The notes under the pieces are model-generated. The model searched no databases. It was not told where the DNA came from and saw nothing but the letters and a program-made list of their open reading frames with translations. A stretch of 64,000 nt of DNA, from the sequence record PP793740.1. The stretch is one strand, 5' to 3'. Of the stretch, positions 8,941 through 19,780 are shown piece by piece; positions within the stretch are counted from its first letter, which is position 1; each line of letters begins with the position of its first letter. The position numbers and the translations under genes were made by a program.

Positions 8941-9666
8941 TTAGAAATTACCTTTCTTCATTTTAGAAAGTAATTTTCTACGTTCAGCTCGGTTAATTCC
9001 TGGGATAGCTGGCAATAGCATTTTATTACTAAACTTACCTGGTCGACGGTCATGATTTAGTAATTGATCAACTACAGCTTGGTCGCTGCTTTTAACTCCA
9101 TTATCCATTTCATCTAATGGATCCATAATAGTTTTAGCAGTTAGCCTTAGATGCGTAACCAGTTCATCGAATGAACTATCAGTATTAATAAGTTGTTTAT
9201 CAACACCTTCTTTAAGAGCTTGTTTAATAGTTACGTCTTTTACTAGAATATTATCACATTCCCAAAGAGTTGTATGATGGGTATTTAGCATTAATTCAAG
9301 TGAGACATTATTGTAATCATTGTCAGCACTTGAGTGCCAATTGAATTCATCGATATAGTCATTTAGACTATTTAACTTTGGTGGTTCGTTATTAGAGGTA
9401 ATTAAACCAATTGGTTGAACATCATCTAGTGAACTTTTATCACTAGTAATTGCAGTTGTTTCAGTAGTAACATCAGCTTCTTTTAATTCATTAGAATAAG
9501 TTACATATACCAATTCCTCAGTACCATCATCCAAAAGAACATAGGCTGTTGCTTTGGTGGAATCATCAGGGGCTAATCCATGGATCCTAATACGATTATC
9601 ATTTACTAATTTACTATAATCATTCCAAGTGATTACACGAACTTCATTAGTCTTTTCCATTATCAT
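8941..9666 (-). CDS. Hypothetical protein (gp51 position)
   Basis: 241-aa ORF ending in the NRAERRK basic motif common in phage proteins. Confidence 0.7.
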   Translation of the reverse strand: MIMEKTNEVRVITWNDYSKLVNDNRIRIHGLAPDDSTKATAYVLLDDGTEELVYVTYSNELKEADVTTETTAITSDKSSLDDVQPIGLITSNNEPPKLNSLNDYIDEFNWHSSADNDYNNVSLELMLNTHHTTLWECDNILVKDVTIKQALKEGVDKQLINTDSSFDELVTHLRLTAKTIMDPLDEMDNGVKSSDQAVVDQLLNHDRRPGKFSNKMLLPAIPGINRAERRKLLSKMKKGNF

Positions 9667-9823
9667 CTACCTCTTTTAATTTATCTTTAATATATTTTCG
9701 GATAAAAGCTCGTTTCTCTTCACGAGTTAATCCCGATGGTACTGTTGGTAATGTGATAGTGCCGCTATTAATTGCCTTCTTCATCCGATCTAAGTCAAAA
9801 TTAAATTCGGTATGATTTGTCAT
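9647..9823 (-). CDS. Small hypothetical protein
   Basis: Likely start MTNHTEF at 9823; GLTREEKRAFI motif; overlaps the next gene. Confidence 0.55.
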   Translation of the reverse strand: MTNHTEFNFDLDRMKKAINSGTITLPTVPSGLTREEKRAFIRKYIKDKLKEVDDNGKD

Positions 9824-9893
9824 TATATTGAACCATATTAAGTTAGTAATTGGCAATCAGACTATATAAATCTTAATTATTTTTTAGTATATA

Positions 9894-9914
9894 AGCCTCC
9901 CACTAGGGGAGGCT
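9894..9914 (-). terminator. Terminator after DNA polymerase
   Basis: AGCCTCCC/GGGAGGCT stem. Confidence 0.7.
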
Positions 9915-9921
9915 ATATTTC

Positions 9922-12117
9922 TTAATAGAAGTCGGAGATGAGTCGATCGTTATTTTTATCAATAAGGAAAATACCTAGGGACTCTAAGGTTAGATAGAAT
10001 ACACCCATAGTATTTCCAATGATAGTTCTAACGTCAGCAACACGCGTAATAACTTCTGGAATACGACCAGTTTCTACTACTGTACTCGGGATATGGAAAT
10101 CACCAATACTGGTTTTATTTTCTTCAGTAACCCATGCTTGAATACGAGCAGCTAATTTCTTATCTTCGATACCATCAATCCATTCTTTGATCGCAGTTTT
10201 ATTATTAAGAGTAACTGAGATCTTTACATGTGAATAAGGTGGATCACCAGCGTCACCAAATGATGGAGCAAATACAGTCTTCCACACTAATCCCTTTTTA
10301 TGGGTTGAGTTATCTTCAGATTTATAAGACTCAGGTCGTTTAGTTTGACCACTTGTCAGATACTCAGCTTTACCACTTCTAACAGACTCAATAATTTCTC
10401 TTTCGATATCACCAACTTCTTTTAGAATTGAAGCCAAGTCGATTTTCTCTTCAGTCTTTACAGTTTTAATGATATCTTCCATGAGTGTTTTAGCACGACT
10501 ATTAATCTTCTTAGGTACTTTACTATCCCTTAGTCCTACACCCTTGATCTCCATTCGTGACTCATTAAACATTACCCCTTCTTGGGCATCCTGTGATGCA
10601 AAGTAATGTTTAGAACGAGTAGTTAAGGCCAGTACTGCGAAATAATATTCGTTCTTCATTGCAAATAGACGAAGCTTATCTTTAGATACACCCATATTAG
10701 CGGATTGAATCGCCAAGATATGCATAACTACTTCAGACACTAGAAACACTAGTGCGAATACTAGTCGCTTAGCTTCATTGCTAAAAGTTACTTTACCAAA
10801 GAATTCCTCAACCCACCATTGTAATGTAAACATAGTGGAGTCAGTATCTGAAATAACAGCAGCTCGTCTATACACAGTTGGAAAAGCATGAATGCTTGAT
10901 GGTACACATTTAGTCAAGAAGAAAGCTTCAATCAATAGACGATATTCATTAAGAGTTTCAGCGATATTTCGACCAGTGGCATAAACTTGGTTTAATGTAT
11001 CTGGATCTGACTCTTTTAGTTTAGCTTTAGATCGACCTTTAACAGTATCAAAGCAAATAAAGCTAGCCAATAGATCCATATCACCATCATAAGTTGAATA
11101 TTCTTCTTCAGTGATGATTTGTTCTTTTGTTCCAACCTGGCTTAATTTAATTAGAAAGCTCTTGATTAATTCTTTATTGTATTTATATAAGTGATATAGA
11201 TCACCTACGTACATAACTGCTGCTCGTTCGACTGGTGTCATCCCAGTAGCTAGTTTTAAAATCTGCGCCGTGTAGTACTTATTTTGCCAATAGTGTTTAG
11301 TTGAATAAAGAACCATATCAACTACTTCTTCTGGCGTTGGGCAATGTAGATTAAAATTAGTTACTGCTTTTTGAATTAACTCCATATCAGCTACATTAAT
11401 AGTGTTTACTAAATTAGCTTTTGTGATTTCTGGAGTATAATAATGCCTATTACCCATAATGAATTTTTCATTATTTGAGTTAGCATAAGAGGTACCAGTT
11501 CTACAGGTAGATGTTAAACTAGAGTGTGTGGACTTATAATAAAGAATAGTGGCAGCAGATACAGTACCGCCTGAATATGAGTTATTGTTAATTTTGAAGT
11601 TTTCTTGCTCACCTTTACGTACTTGTGCAAGTTCTGTTTTAATTTGTGAATTCTCTTTATCGCCGGCCTGTAGGAAAGCAGCTGCTTCACGTTCAGCCTG
11701 CATCTGTTCACCTTTAACACGCTTACGGTTTTTCACACCTTCGGCAATATAGATGGAGTGCGTCGACTGTCTAACAGACTCTGGTAAATATGCGGTCATT
11801 GATGGAGATAATAATAGATTCTGTTTCTTAACACGGTTAAGAAAAGCCATAAATGAAACCGTCTTTAATTCCCTATCACCAAACTTATTTTTATCTAGAA
11901 TAGTTGCTAATGGATTACGAAGTGCATATTCGCCATTTTGACGTAATTGTTCTTTAACAAATTCTTTACATTCTTCTAAACTAATATTTAATTCATCTTT
12001 TGTCATTAATTGAAGATATTTGGCATTATCATCAAGACATGCATTAATGATATCAATATCACGATGGTAATCATTGACATCTTTTAAAAACGGATTTGGT
12101 TGGGCAAATGCGGTCAT
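9922..12117 (-). CDS. Family B DNA polymerase, catalytic part of a split enzyme (phiKZ gp50)
   Basis: Motif B-like KINNNSYSG, motif C SDTDS, KNEY..KHY and EIKGVG; no exonuclease or motif A recognisable. Confidence 0.85.
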   Translation of the reverse strand: MTAFAQPNPFLKDVNDYHRDIDIINACLDDNAKYLQLMTKDELNISLEECKEFVKEQLRQNGEYALRNPLATILDKNKFGDRELKTVSFMAFLNRVKKQNLLLSPSMTAYLPESVRQSTHSIYIAEGVKNRKRVKGEQMQAEREAAAFLQAGDKENSQIKTELAQVRKGEQENFKINNNSYSGGTVSAATILYYKSTHSSLTSTCRTGTSYANSNNEKFIMGNRHYYTPEITKANLVNTINVADMELIQKAVTNFNLHCPTPEEVVDMVLYSTKHYWQNKYYTAQILKLATGMTPVERAAVMYVGDLYHLYKYNKELIKSFLIKLSQVGTKEQIITEEEYSTYDGDMDLLASFICFDTVKGRSKAKLKESDPDTLNQVYATGRNIAETLNEYRLLIEAFFLTKCVPSSIHAFPTVYRRAAVISDTDSTMFTLQWWVEEFFGKVTFSNEAKRLVFALVFLVSEVVMHILAIQSANMGVSKDKLRLFAMKNEYYFAVLALTTRSKHYFASQDAQEGVMFNESRMEIKGVGLRDSKVPKKINSRAKTLMEDIIKTVKTEEKIDLASILKEVGDIEREIIESVRSGKAEYLTSGQTKRPESYKSEDNSTHKKGLVWKTVFAPSFGDAGDPPYSHVKISVTLNNKTAIKEWIDGIEDKKLAARIQAWVTEENKTSIGDFHIPSTVVETGRIPEVITRVADVRTIIGNTMGVFYLTLESLGIFLIDKNNDRLISDFY

Positions 12118-12289
12118 TTCACATATCTCTCAGTATACTTATTTTTAATTATAGTGAATGATTTCTCTCTCTTTAACTAAAAAAGAAAAGGAAAGAATGG
12201 GTACCCTATACGGGCACCCTAAATTGAGAGGTAGCACATCAACTTACATTCACATTAGATGATGTAAGCAAGTAAAAATAAAACAACAT

Positions 12290-12314
12290 AAAAGGAGCCA
12301 TAATGGCTCCTTTA
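12290..12314 (-). terminator. Terminator hairpin
   Basis: TAAAGGAGCCA/TGGCTCCTTTA. Confidence 0.75.
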
Positions 12315-12317
12315 TAG

Positions 12318-12743
<426 letters not shown>

Positions 12744-12768
12744 CTAAAATAGTTGGTTACATAGGGTA

Positions 12769-13152
12769 TTACTCATCTAGTAATACTACTACACCAAACA
12801 GACCTTTCGTATCCATTGGTACTGTAATGAGTACATGTCCATCTGGATACTTTTCTTTAAAGCTATTGATAAAGTCGGTGCAATATTCAATAACATATCC
12901 TTTAGTAGAATAATTCTCTAACTCAATATCTTCATCAGGATCATCAAATGAGTCATGTCCATACATCAGCATATGGATGTATATGTCATTATTAAGCGTA
13001 TCCATATAACTTAACTTACGTGATTCTTCAAATAAATCAAGTGGTGTTGGACAATCTGGATATATCATTCGTTTTGTATATTCACGAAGCAAATGTTGCG
13101 AATATACTTCTGACTCTTTAGATTTAAATACGATAAATACTCGTTTTTCCAT
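12769..13152 (-). CDS. Hypothetical protein, probable paralogue array member
   Basis: 127-aa ORF, RBS AGGAA. Confidence 0.7.
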   Translation of the reverse strand: MEKRVFIVFKSKESEVYSQHLLREYTKRMIYPDCPTPLDLFEESRKLSYMDTLNNDIYIHMLMYGHDSFDDPDEDIELENYSTKGYVIEYCTDFINSFKEKYPDGHVLITVPMDTKGLFGVVVLLDE

Positions 13153-13224
13153 ATCGGTTCCTAGTAGGAAGCCTATGTGAACCGATAGGCTTTCCTATTT
13201 GCGTCAATTGTTAATATGTGTCAC

Positions 13225-13761
13225 TTAATCCACATCATTGTAACAGTCCATACCAAAGTCTTCACCTTCTAGAATATAACCCTGATTATGTTGATCAACT
13301 GCTATTGATTGGATTCTTTCTACACCATATCCATTTTGATAGAGATGTGCTATTTCAGATTGTAGTTTGCTAGCCAATGTTTTACACACGGTCGCAAACC
13401 ACATATTAAGAATACTCAATGCATATTTATCTTGCATAATCACAGGTGCTGCCGATGGAAAGTATTCTTGTAAATAATAGTCAACCCCTATAATTGGTTG
13501 AGTAGGCTGTTGCGCTAGAAATTCAATATATGAATTAATTGCCTGATACCATAATTGTTCTATAGACTGGTGTTCAGTATATGGGTAAGGGGTATTGTAA
13601 GATTTATTGACAACTACATCAGCCATTTTATTAACAATGGGCCAGATATCACTGATGTTAATAACTACGAAACTCGTCATTCCTTGTTGACCTGGAGTTA
13701 TGTTATTAGCATCATTTATCCGCTGCATTTCTTGTTGTCTATAAAGAAGTGGATGCATCAT
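13225..13761 (-). CDS. Hypothetical protein, probable paralogue array member
   Basis: 178-aa ORF, ATGA coupling with the upstream gene. Confidence 0.75.
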   Translation of the reverse strand: MMHPLLYRQQEMQRINDANNITPGQQGMTSFVVINISDIWPIVNKMADVVVNKSYNTPYPYTEHQSIEQLWYQAINSYIEFLAQQPTQPIIGVDYYLQEYFPSAAPVIMQDKYALSILNMWFATVCKTLASKLQSEIAHLYQNGYGVERIQSIAVDQHNQGYILEGEDFGMDCYNDVD

Positions 13762-14192
13762 GTTTGAGACCTCATAACTAATTTAGTTACCATCTTATAT
13801 TTATCTACTTCTATACATTTAAGACTAGTAATAAGATTACCTGCTTGAATAACTTGTTTTTGGATTATCTCTAGGAAATCAGTTCCAAATAAATCCAATA
13901 CCCTTTCGATAATCTCAGCAGATCTTAAGTGCCAATTGATGGTATTAGGATTTCCCTGATGATCAAATACCATCATGCTCATCGGTCTATCTGGTTCTAT
14001 ATAGGTATCGCTTAAGTAATCTTCTAACCATTGCTCTAAAAAGGTAGGCCAATCTAATCTCTGCCAGTGGTTAAAGTATTCTACATATGCTGCTAGAAGT
14101 CTATTGATACACCACAGTACAAAGTCAGTCGGTTCATCTACACCTAGCTCTTCCGTAAAAGAACGCGGTTTCAAAATTAGCAACAATTGCAT
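13758..14192 (-). CDS. Hypothetical protein, probable paralogue array member
   Basis: 144-aa ORF, RBS GGAG. Confidence 0.75.
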   Translation of the reverse strand: MQLLLILKPRSFTEELGVDEPTDFVLWCINRLLAAYVEYFNHWQRLDWPTFLEQWLEDYLSDTYIEPDRPMSMMVFDHQGNPNTINWHLRSAEIIERVLDLFGTDFLEIIQKQVIQAGNLITSLKCIEVDKYKMVTKLVMRSQT

Positions 14193-14574
14193 ATTGACTC
14201 CACTCTTTACCAGTGACTATAGTTAATAGAACAACTTTGTTATCTATTACACTAATGAACTTATAGTCTATTAAATTCTTCGGTGTTCTATGTAGTAATT
14301 GGATTCCAGTTGTATAGAACAAATTAATGAACTCATCCCAATCTGGACCATTTCCTAGTTGTATTGATATATCCACAAAAGGAATAACCGTATTATCCTG
14401 TTGTAATTTAGACATCATCTTAACAACCCATTGAGTTAATAAGACGATGACTGTAGCTTCATCTTTATTTGTTAGGTAAGTAAATTTCTTTATCAATGTG
14501 ATTAATTGTGGGAATACCACTTCGATTGGCAATACATATACCAGACGTTGTACTTCCTCCGATGTACAATCCAT
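14134..14574 (-). CDS. Hypothetical protein, probable paralogue array member
   Basis: Likely start MDCTSEE at 14574; track start 14649 is probably overextended; start uncertain. Confidence 0.6.
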   Translation of the reverse strand: MDCTSEEVQRLVYVLPIEVVFPQLITLIKKFTYLTNKDEATVIVLLTQWVVKMMSKLQQDNTVIPFVDISIQLGNGPDWDEFINLFYTTGIQLLHRTPKNLIDYKFISVIDNKVVLLTIVTGKEWSQYAIVANFETAFFYGRARCR

Positions 14575-14917
14575 CTCGTGCTTCTGTTTCATACCACAGT
14601 TCCTTAGTATTTGTTGGAATGAGGTGCATGATCTGCTCAGCACCCTCATCGAGAAGTTCTATTAGTTTATGCATGAAATGAATGTCTTTAGCATATTCAT
14701 AGAACATTTCTTCTTTAACGACCATTTGCATAAGCTTCTGTTCTGCCAATGCAACAAGCAAATGCATTGCTTCGATATAACTAATATCTAAAAAGTCCAA
14801 TACAAATCTTAGATAGTTATCATCTTTAATAAGTTTACTTTTAGTCGCTCTTAGTAAAAAACGAGGTTGTGGTGTGGGTAATGGTGACGTATAGATCTTC
14901 TGGTTTCTCAGTATCAT
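14465..14917 (-). CDS. Hypothetical protein
   Basis: 150-aa ORF, RBS AGGG; C-terminus overlaps the downstream gene by about 110 nt. Confidence 0.6.
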   Translation of the reverse strand: MILRNQKIYTSPLPTPQPRFLLRATKSKLIKDDNYLRFVLDFLDISYIEAMHLLVALAEQKLMQMVVKEEMFYEYAKDIHFMHKLIELLDEGAEQIMHLIPTNTKELWYETEARDGLYIGGSTTSGICIANRSGIPTINHIDKEIYLPNK

Positions 14918-15230
14918 AAATAACCCTATTTAACTGGATGTTACCAGCTGATGGTAGAACTACCCGGTTAGAACAATTATACAGATAAGTTGTTAAATTA
15001 ATATCACAAATATCCCTATAACCCAGCATCTGATTAATTAGTTCTATGACATCATTAGATGTGCTACCCGATGCCCTCTCAGACGCTGCTGCCAATACAA
15101 TTGTTAATGCATATTCTGCACCAATACTATTTTTTATAGATTTCCAAATATCAGAATGTTGATCTTGTACAAAAGATCTTACTTCCATTCTGATACACAT
15201 TGATGTGTCTTTATCATTAGATATGTTCAT
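14841..15230 (-). CDS. Hypothetical protein, probable paralogue array member
   Basis: 129-aa ORF. Confidence 0.7.
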   Translation of the reverse strand: MNISNDKDTSMCIRMEVRSFVQDQHSDIWKSIKNSIGAEYALTIVLAAASERASGSTSNDVIELINQMLGYRDICDINLTTYLYNCSNRVVLPSAGNIQLNRVIYDTEKPEDLYVTITHTTTSFFTKSD

Positions 15231-15251
15231 TATAAAAACCTTATAATCGGT

Positions 15252-15279
15252 ATAAAGCCCCCCATAAGGAGGGCTTTAT
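15252..15279 (-). terminator. Terminator hairpin
   Basis: ATAAAGCCC..CC/GG..GGGCTTTAT. Confidence 0.7.
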
Positions 15280-16353
15280 TTAGTATAGATTATTTTCTAA
15301 AATGTATCGCTCAGCTTGCGCTCGCTGATCATCAGGTAAATAATCACCACGTTGATATTCAAATACTAATTTCTCAATAGGATAAGTTGCATTCTTATTC
15401 TTGTATACAGAAATTACATAGCTATGATACTCTAGTTCATACTTAACGTCATGCTCAATTCTGGTTGAAAAATATGCCATGTTAATAGAACTAACTAGAG
15501 GGCTAATATATTTCTCTTCAAATAGTAATAAATTATCAAGTCCTAAACTTGCAAAGAAATCATGGTTAACCTTAGGTATTAGATAAGATACTTTAATATT
15601 ACTATATTGTTTAACAATTACACCAATAAGTAATGCAGTTAACTGTTCTTGAATATATTCTACTGCGATGTTATATGCATGGTTAGTGGTGATGTGGTCT
15701 TTATTTAAAGTATAGCTACCACCATTAGCAAGAGATAGCTGAGTTTTACGCCTAGATTCGTAGATACTATAACCTAATGTTTGTAAATTAATTCTGTCAA
15801 AGCCATGGAAGAATGTACGGAGAAATTCACTAAATAAATAGTTTAATGGGTTCAGTAGGTTAAGTGATACCACTGCATGATCATCACCATTATCAATCCC
15901 ATGGACACGATCATATTCCGCGATACGATAATCTTTGCCACTGATTAAAGTTATAACTGAACCAGCTTTAACTACATCCCATTGGATCCATGTACCGCTA
16001 TCGATATATTTAGCTACTTGTTTATAGATATCTAGATAGATAGTTTCTAGATAAGGTAGTTTCATTAGATTTTCTACCCAAGCAACTTTATTACTATCTA
16101 CGTCAGTTACAGCACAATTAAAAATAGCTGCTGCCATCTTAAGATTGGTGTACTGGTCTTTGGCTGTTTTATATGAAACTAAACTCTCTACTATATTTTC
16201 AACCATTAGATGTAAAAACTGTTGAGCCACATCTTTACTCAATTTCACCCCAATCGCTTCATCAATTGAAGCTGAAGCTGTAAGCTGACCTAGTAAATCG
16301 TATATTGCTTTTTCTTGGTGGCGCGTATCAAGTACAATGAGCTTATTCGACAT
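15280..16353 (-). CDS. Hypothetical protein, probably two-domain
   Basis: 357-aa ORF, RBS GGAG. Confidence 0.75.
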   Translation of the reverse strand: MSNKLIVLDTRHQEKAIYDLLGQLTASASIDEAIGVKLSKDVAQQFLHLMVENIVESLVSYKTAKDQYTNLKMAAAIFNCAVTDVDSNKVAWVENLMKLPYLETIYLDIYKQVAKYIDSGTWIQWDVVKAGSVITLISGKDYRIAEYDRVHGIDNGDDHAVVSLNLLNPLNYLFSEFLRTFFHGFDRINLQTLGYSIYESRRKTQLSLANGGSYTLNKDHITTNHAYNIAVEYIQEQLTALLIGVIVKQYSNIKVSYLIPKVNHDFFASLGLDNLLLFEEKYISPLVSSINMAYFSTRIEHDVKYELEYHSYVISVYKNKNATYPIEKLVFEYQRGDYLPDDQRAQAERYILENNLY

Positions 16354-16366
16354 TATATTTCTCCAA

Positions 16367-16795
16367 TTAATTTTTTGGAATAGCGATCCAAACTGTGTTC
16401 TTTAACCGATAAAATATTACAAACTTACCTGCATTTACTCTAGGTATAATTTTTAATATATCCCAAAGATCAGATGCGGCCTCATGATTATCATGAAACC
16501 ATTGGATTTCTTGAGGGGTGTTATTTATTGGATTATATCCAGTAGTATACATGAATTCAAAAGAGTCAATAGAATATTTAAAGAAGTCATCAATTAAGCT
16601 GTCCTCTACTGATTTAAATATATGCTCTAATGTACCATAGTCATCTGGATGTATTCCAAAGCTTTGGCACCTAATTGCTAAACGAGCATTTATTAGCTCT
16701 TTTGGCGATCTTGGTACTAACTTGGCTATCACCCTCGTTACATCTATTACATACAGGTCAGCTACTTGGGGAGTAGTCACAGTACAATCTCTCAT
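16367..16795 (-). CDS. Hypothetical protein, probable paralogue array member
   Basis: 142-aa ORF; early-promoter-like TATATCAT upstream near 16811. Confidence 0.7.
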   Translation of the reverse strand: MRDCTVTTPQVADLYVIDVTRVIAKLVPRSPKELINARLAIRCQSFGIHPDDYGTLEHIFKSVEDSLIDDFFKYSIDSFEFMYTTGYNPINNTPQEIQWFHDNHEAASDLWDILKIIPRVNAGKFVIFYRLKNTVWIAIPKN

Positions 16796-16922
16796 TAAAT
16801 GTTCAGGAACATGATATAGATCTAAAAATATTTTTAGTCAAATCTGTTCGTGGTAAGCCGATGTATATTATACCTTAGTTGGGTATTATCTCCATCGAAA
16901 AAACGCGTACAGCGCATTATAG

Positions 16923-17732
<810 letters not shown>

Positions 17733-17750
17733 AAAAAAATAAAAAAAAGA

Positions 17751-17782
17751 CATAATGCCCTCCCATTGCGGGAGGGCTTATG
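17751..17782. terminator. Bidirectional terminator
   Basis: CATAATGCCCTCCC-ATTGC-GGGAGGGCTTATG. Confidence 0.8.
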
Positions 17783-17840
17783 CCATTAAGATAATATCTA
17801 AATAACACTATATTTAAAAACATACTGGTATAACCCATCA

Positions 17841-18068
17841 TCAATTAATACTGTTGAGAATCTTTTTGATGAGATCACCAGGTGCAATACCAATACCTGA
17901 ACAATACCGTCTAAAGTTATTACACGGTTGACATGCTTTCTTTTCAACGATATTTAATTCAAAGCAAATATTGCCACGTGAATCTAGAATGGATATAAAT
18001 GCTTTGTTACCTGTTACGCGATATGTCTTACCGAATACAACAGTTGTTTTATATGCAAGGCTATTCAT
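17841..18068 (-). CDS. Small early hypothetical protein
   Basis: True start probably MNSLAYK at 18068 (RBS AAAGGA); the track extension contains an early promoter. Confidence 0.6.
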   Translation of the reverse strand: MNSLAYKTTVVFGKTYRVTGNKAFISILDSRGNICFELNIVEKKACQPCNNFRRYCSGIGIAPGDLIKKILNSIN

Positions 18069-18102
18069 GATTATTCCTTTAACATGGATTATTATCATGT
18101 TT

Positions 18103-18120
18103 GTAATATAGCCTTTAAAT
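18103..18120 (-). promoter_or_regulatory. Early promoter
   Basis: ATTTAAAGGCTATATTAC matches TTTAAA-N3-TATATTAC. Confidence 0.75.
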
Positions 18121-18135
18121 GTATTTAAATATTTA

Positions 18136-18423
18136 TTAAACCCCATAGCGATGAGCTATATATGTTTTTAATACCTCATATGCCTTATCAGTTGCCATGG
18201 AACTATTGACAAAATCAGAATGATCAATCTTAATAATCTTACCGAATGAATCATAATCGATAGTTGTAACTGCTATTCGATCACTATCACGGATCAATAG
18301 TTTATTTTTATTTAAAACAAAAATATTCCATTTCTCGCCATCGGCTAAAATAACATCCTCATCTTTAAGATTAAGACGAACAAACTGTTTTACATAAATA
18401 CTTAACTGAGCAACTGTTGACAT
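18136..18423 (-). CDS. Hypothetical protein
   Basis: 95-aa ORF in a coupled operon. Confidence 0.65.
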   Translation of the reverse strand: MSTVAQLSIYVKQFVRLNLKDEDVILADGEKWNIFVLNKNKLLIRDSDRIAVTTIDYDSFGKIIKIDHSDFVNSSMATDKAYEVLKTYIAHRYGV

Positions 18424-18734
18424 AATGATTTCTCGATATCTGTTAATGAAATAATCATATCTTGGACATTGATGGTAATAACATTTTTATAAGTTAAATA
18501 AGTTGGATATGAACCCATAAATGTAATAGTCCCACAGATATGATTTTTATATCTAATATCAACACATCCGTCATATCTCCAGATAAAATCAAATGATCCT
18601 TTAGTGTGGTGTTCAAGTGAAAGAATAGAACCACTAACTAATTTAGGATATTGTTCAAATTCAGACATTACATAATCTGCCAGTTCCTTAACCTCAGGAT
18701 AATCAATCAATAATAGCATATACGTAAATCTCAA
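18402..18734 (-). CDS. Hypothetical protein
   Basis: 110-aa ORF overlapping both neighbours. Confidence 0.65.
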   Translation of the reverse strand: MRFTYMLLLIDYPEVKELADYVMSEFEQYPKLVSGSILSLEHHTKGSFDFIWRYDGCVDIRYKNHICGTITFMGSYPTYLTYKNVITINVQDMIISLTDIEKSLCQQLLS

Positions 18735-19204
18735 TTAGTTAATATAACACCCCATCCAGGGTGGACTCTTTCGAAAAATGGTAATGTATTATTTCGTATA
18801 CTGTCTGCATCAATATTTGGAATGTGGATGGTACAACAGTGGGGGTTACTGTCAATCTTGAAATAGAAATTATCTTTTAAATCTTCAACCTTGGATGTTT
18901 GTAATGGATATAAAATACCATTCCCCCAAACATACCAACGTCTATACAGCTTATCGTTTAACCGCTTCTCAATAACCGAATGCGATTTGAAACGAGGAAC
19001 TCGCAAACGCATCCCGTTTACTTCAGCCCATTTGTCTACCCGATCATAGCTAATAATTCCATCCTTAACCATTACAAAGATAAATCCCTCAACTATGTTG
19101 GGGAGACGAACTACGTGTTTCAGAACCATAGTAAACGGAGATAACGTCAGATCAAGTTCAGCTGCCATTTGCTCGTCGAGCTTTTTAGCAGTGTTCTTTG
19201 CCAT
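18731..19204 (-). CDS. Hypothetical protein
   Basis: 157-aa ORF, RBS AGGAG. Confidence 0.7.
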   Translation of the reverse strand: MAKNTAKKLDEQMAAELDLTLSPFTMVLKHVVRLPNIVEGFIFVMVKDGIISYDRVDKWAEVNGMRLRVPRFKSHSVIEKRLNDKLYRRWYVWGNGILYPLQTSKVEDLKDNFYFKIDSNPHCCTIHIPNIDADSIRNNTLPFFERVHPGWGVILTN

Positions 19205-19243
19205 CGGTTATCTCCTAATATACAGATTATTAATTATCGCTAG

Positions 19244-19726
19244 TTATTTAATATCTGCAAAATTCTGATTTACTTTACCCATAAAAATACCATCGGCTCT
19301 ATCGTCATAATAAAGCTTCCCTGCTTTAGCATTACATAAAACTCCATAAATGTGACCATTGTAACCATCAAAATTAAATAAAGATGGATTATGCGGTACA
19401 TGAATGAATCCCATTTTATCGCACAGAAACTTAGCTACAGCAGCCGATCGGCTAATACCTGCCTCACAGTGTACGAATAGGTGTTGACCCTTACCAAGAG
19501 CTTCACAGAAGGAAATAATACGTTGTGCATGCCGATGATCAAATAGATCATAAGAAGAATCAACATAATCCTCAATGTCATCAACATTGATACGTAAATA
19601 ATTAAGATGTTTTGCTGAATAAAGTGGGACTCTACCTTTCTCCAGTAGACAGATCATATTTCTAGGGGAATAAAATGATTCAGCTACATGCAAAGGAATA
19701 TAAGTAACTGTATTTACTGGCTTCAT
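19244..19726 (-). CDS. Protein-tyrosine/dual-specificity phosphatase-like protein
   Basis: Intact CX5R loop VHCEAGISRSAAVA; upstream acidic DD; RBS GAGGTG. Confidence 0.8.
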   Translation of the reverse strand: MKPVNTVTYIPLHVAESFYSPRNMICLLEKGRVPLYSAKHLNYLRINVDDIEDYVDSSYDLFDHRHAQRIISFCEALGKGQHLFVHCEAGISRSAAVAKFLCDKMGFIHVPHNPSLFNFDGYNGHIYGVLCNAKAGKLYYDDRADGIFMGKVNQNFADIK

Positions 19727-19754
19727 ATTACACCTCGTTACAAAAAAAATAAAA

Positions 19755-19772
19755 GGAGCCCCGAAGGGCTCC
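19755..19772 (-). terminator. Terminator after phuZ
   Basis: GGAGCCC-UUCG-GGGCTCC followed by a U-run on minus strand. Confidence 0.85.
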
Positions 19773-19780
19773 AGTATAGG

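Noticed and set aside
18069-18146. N-terminal extension of ORF 17841..18146
   Set aside because: Contains an early promoter and the RBS of the internal ATG
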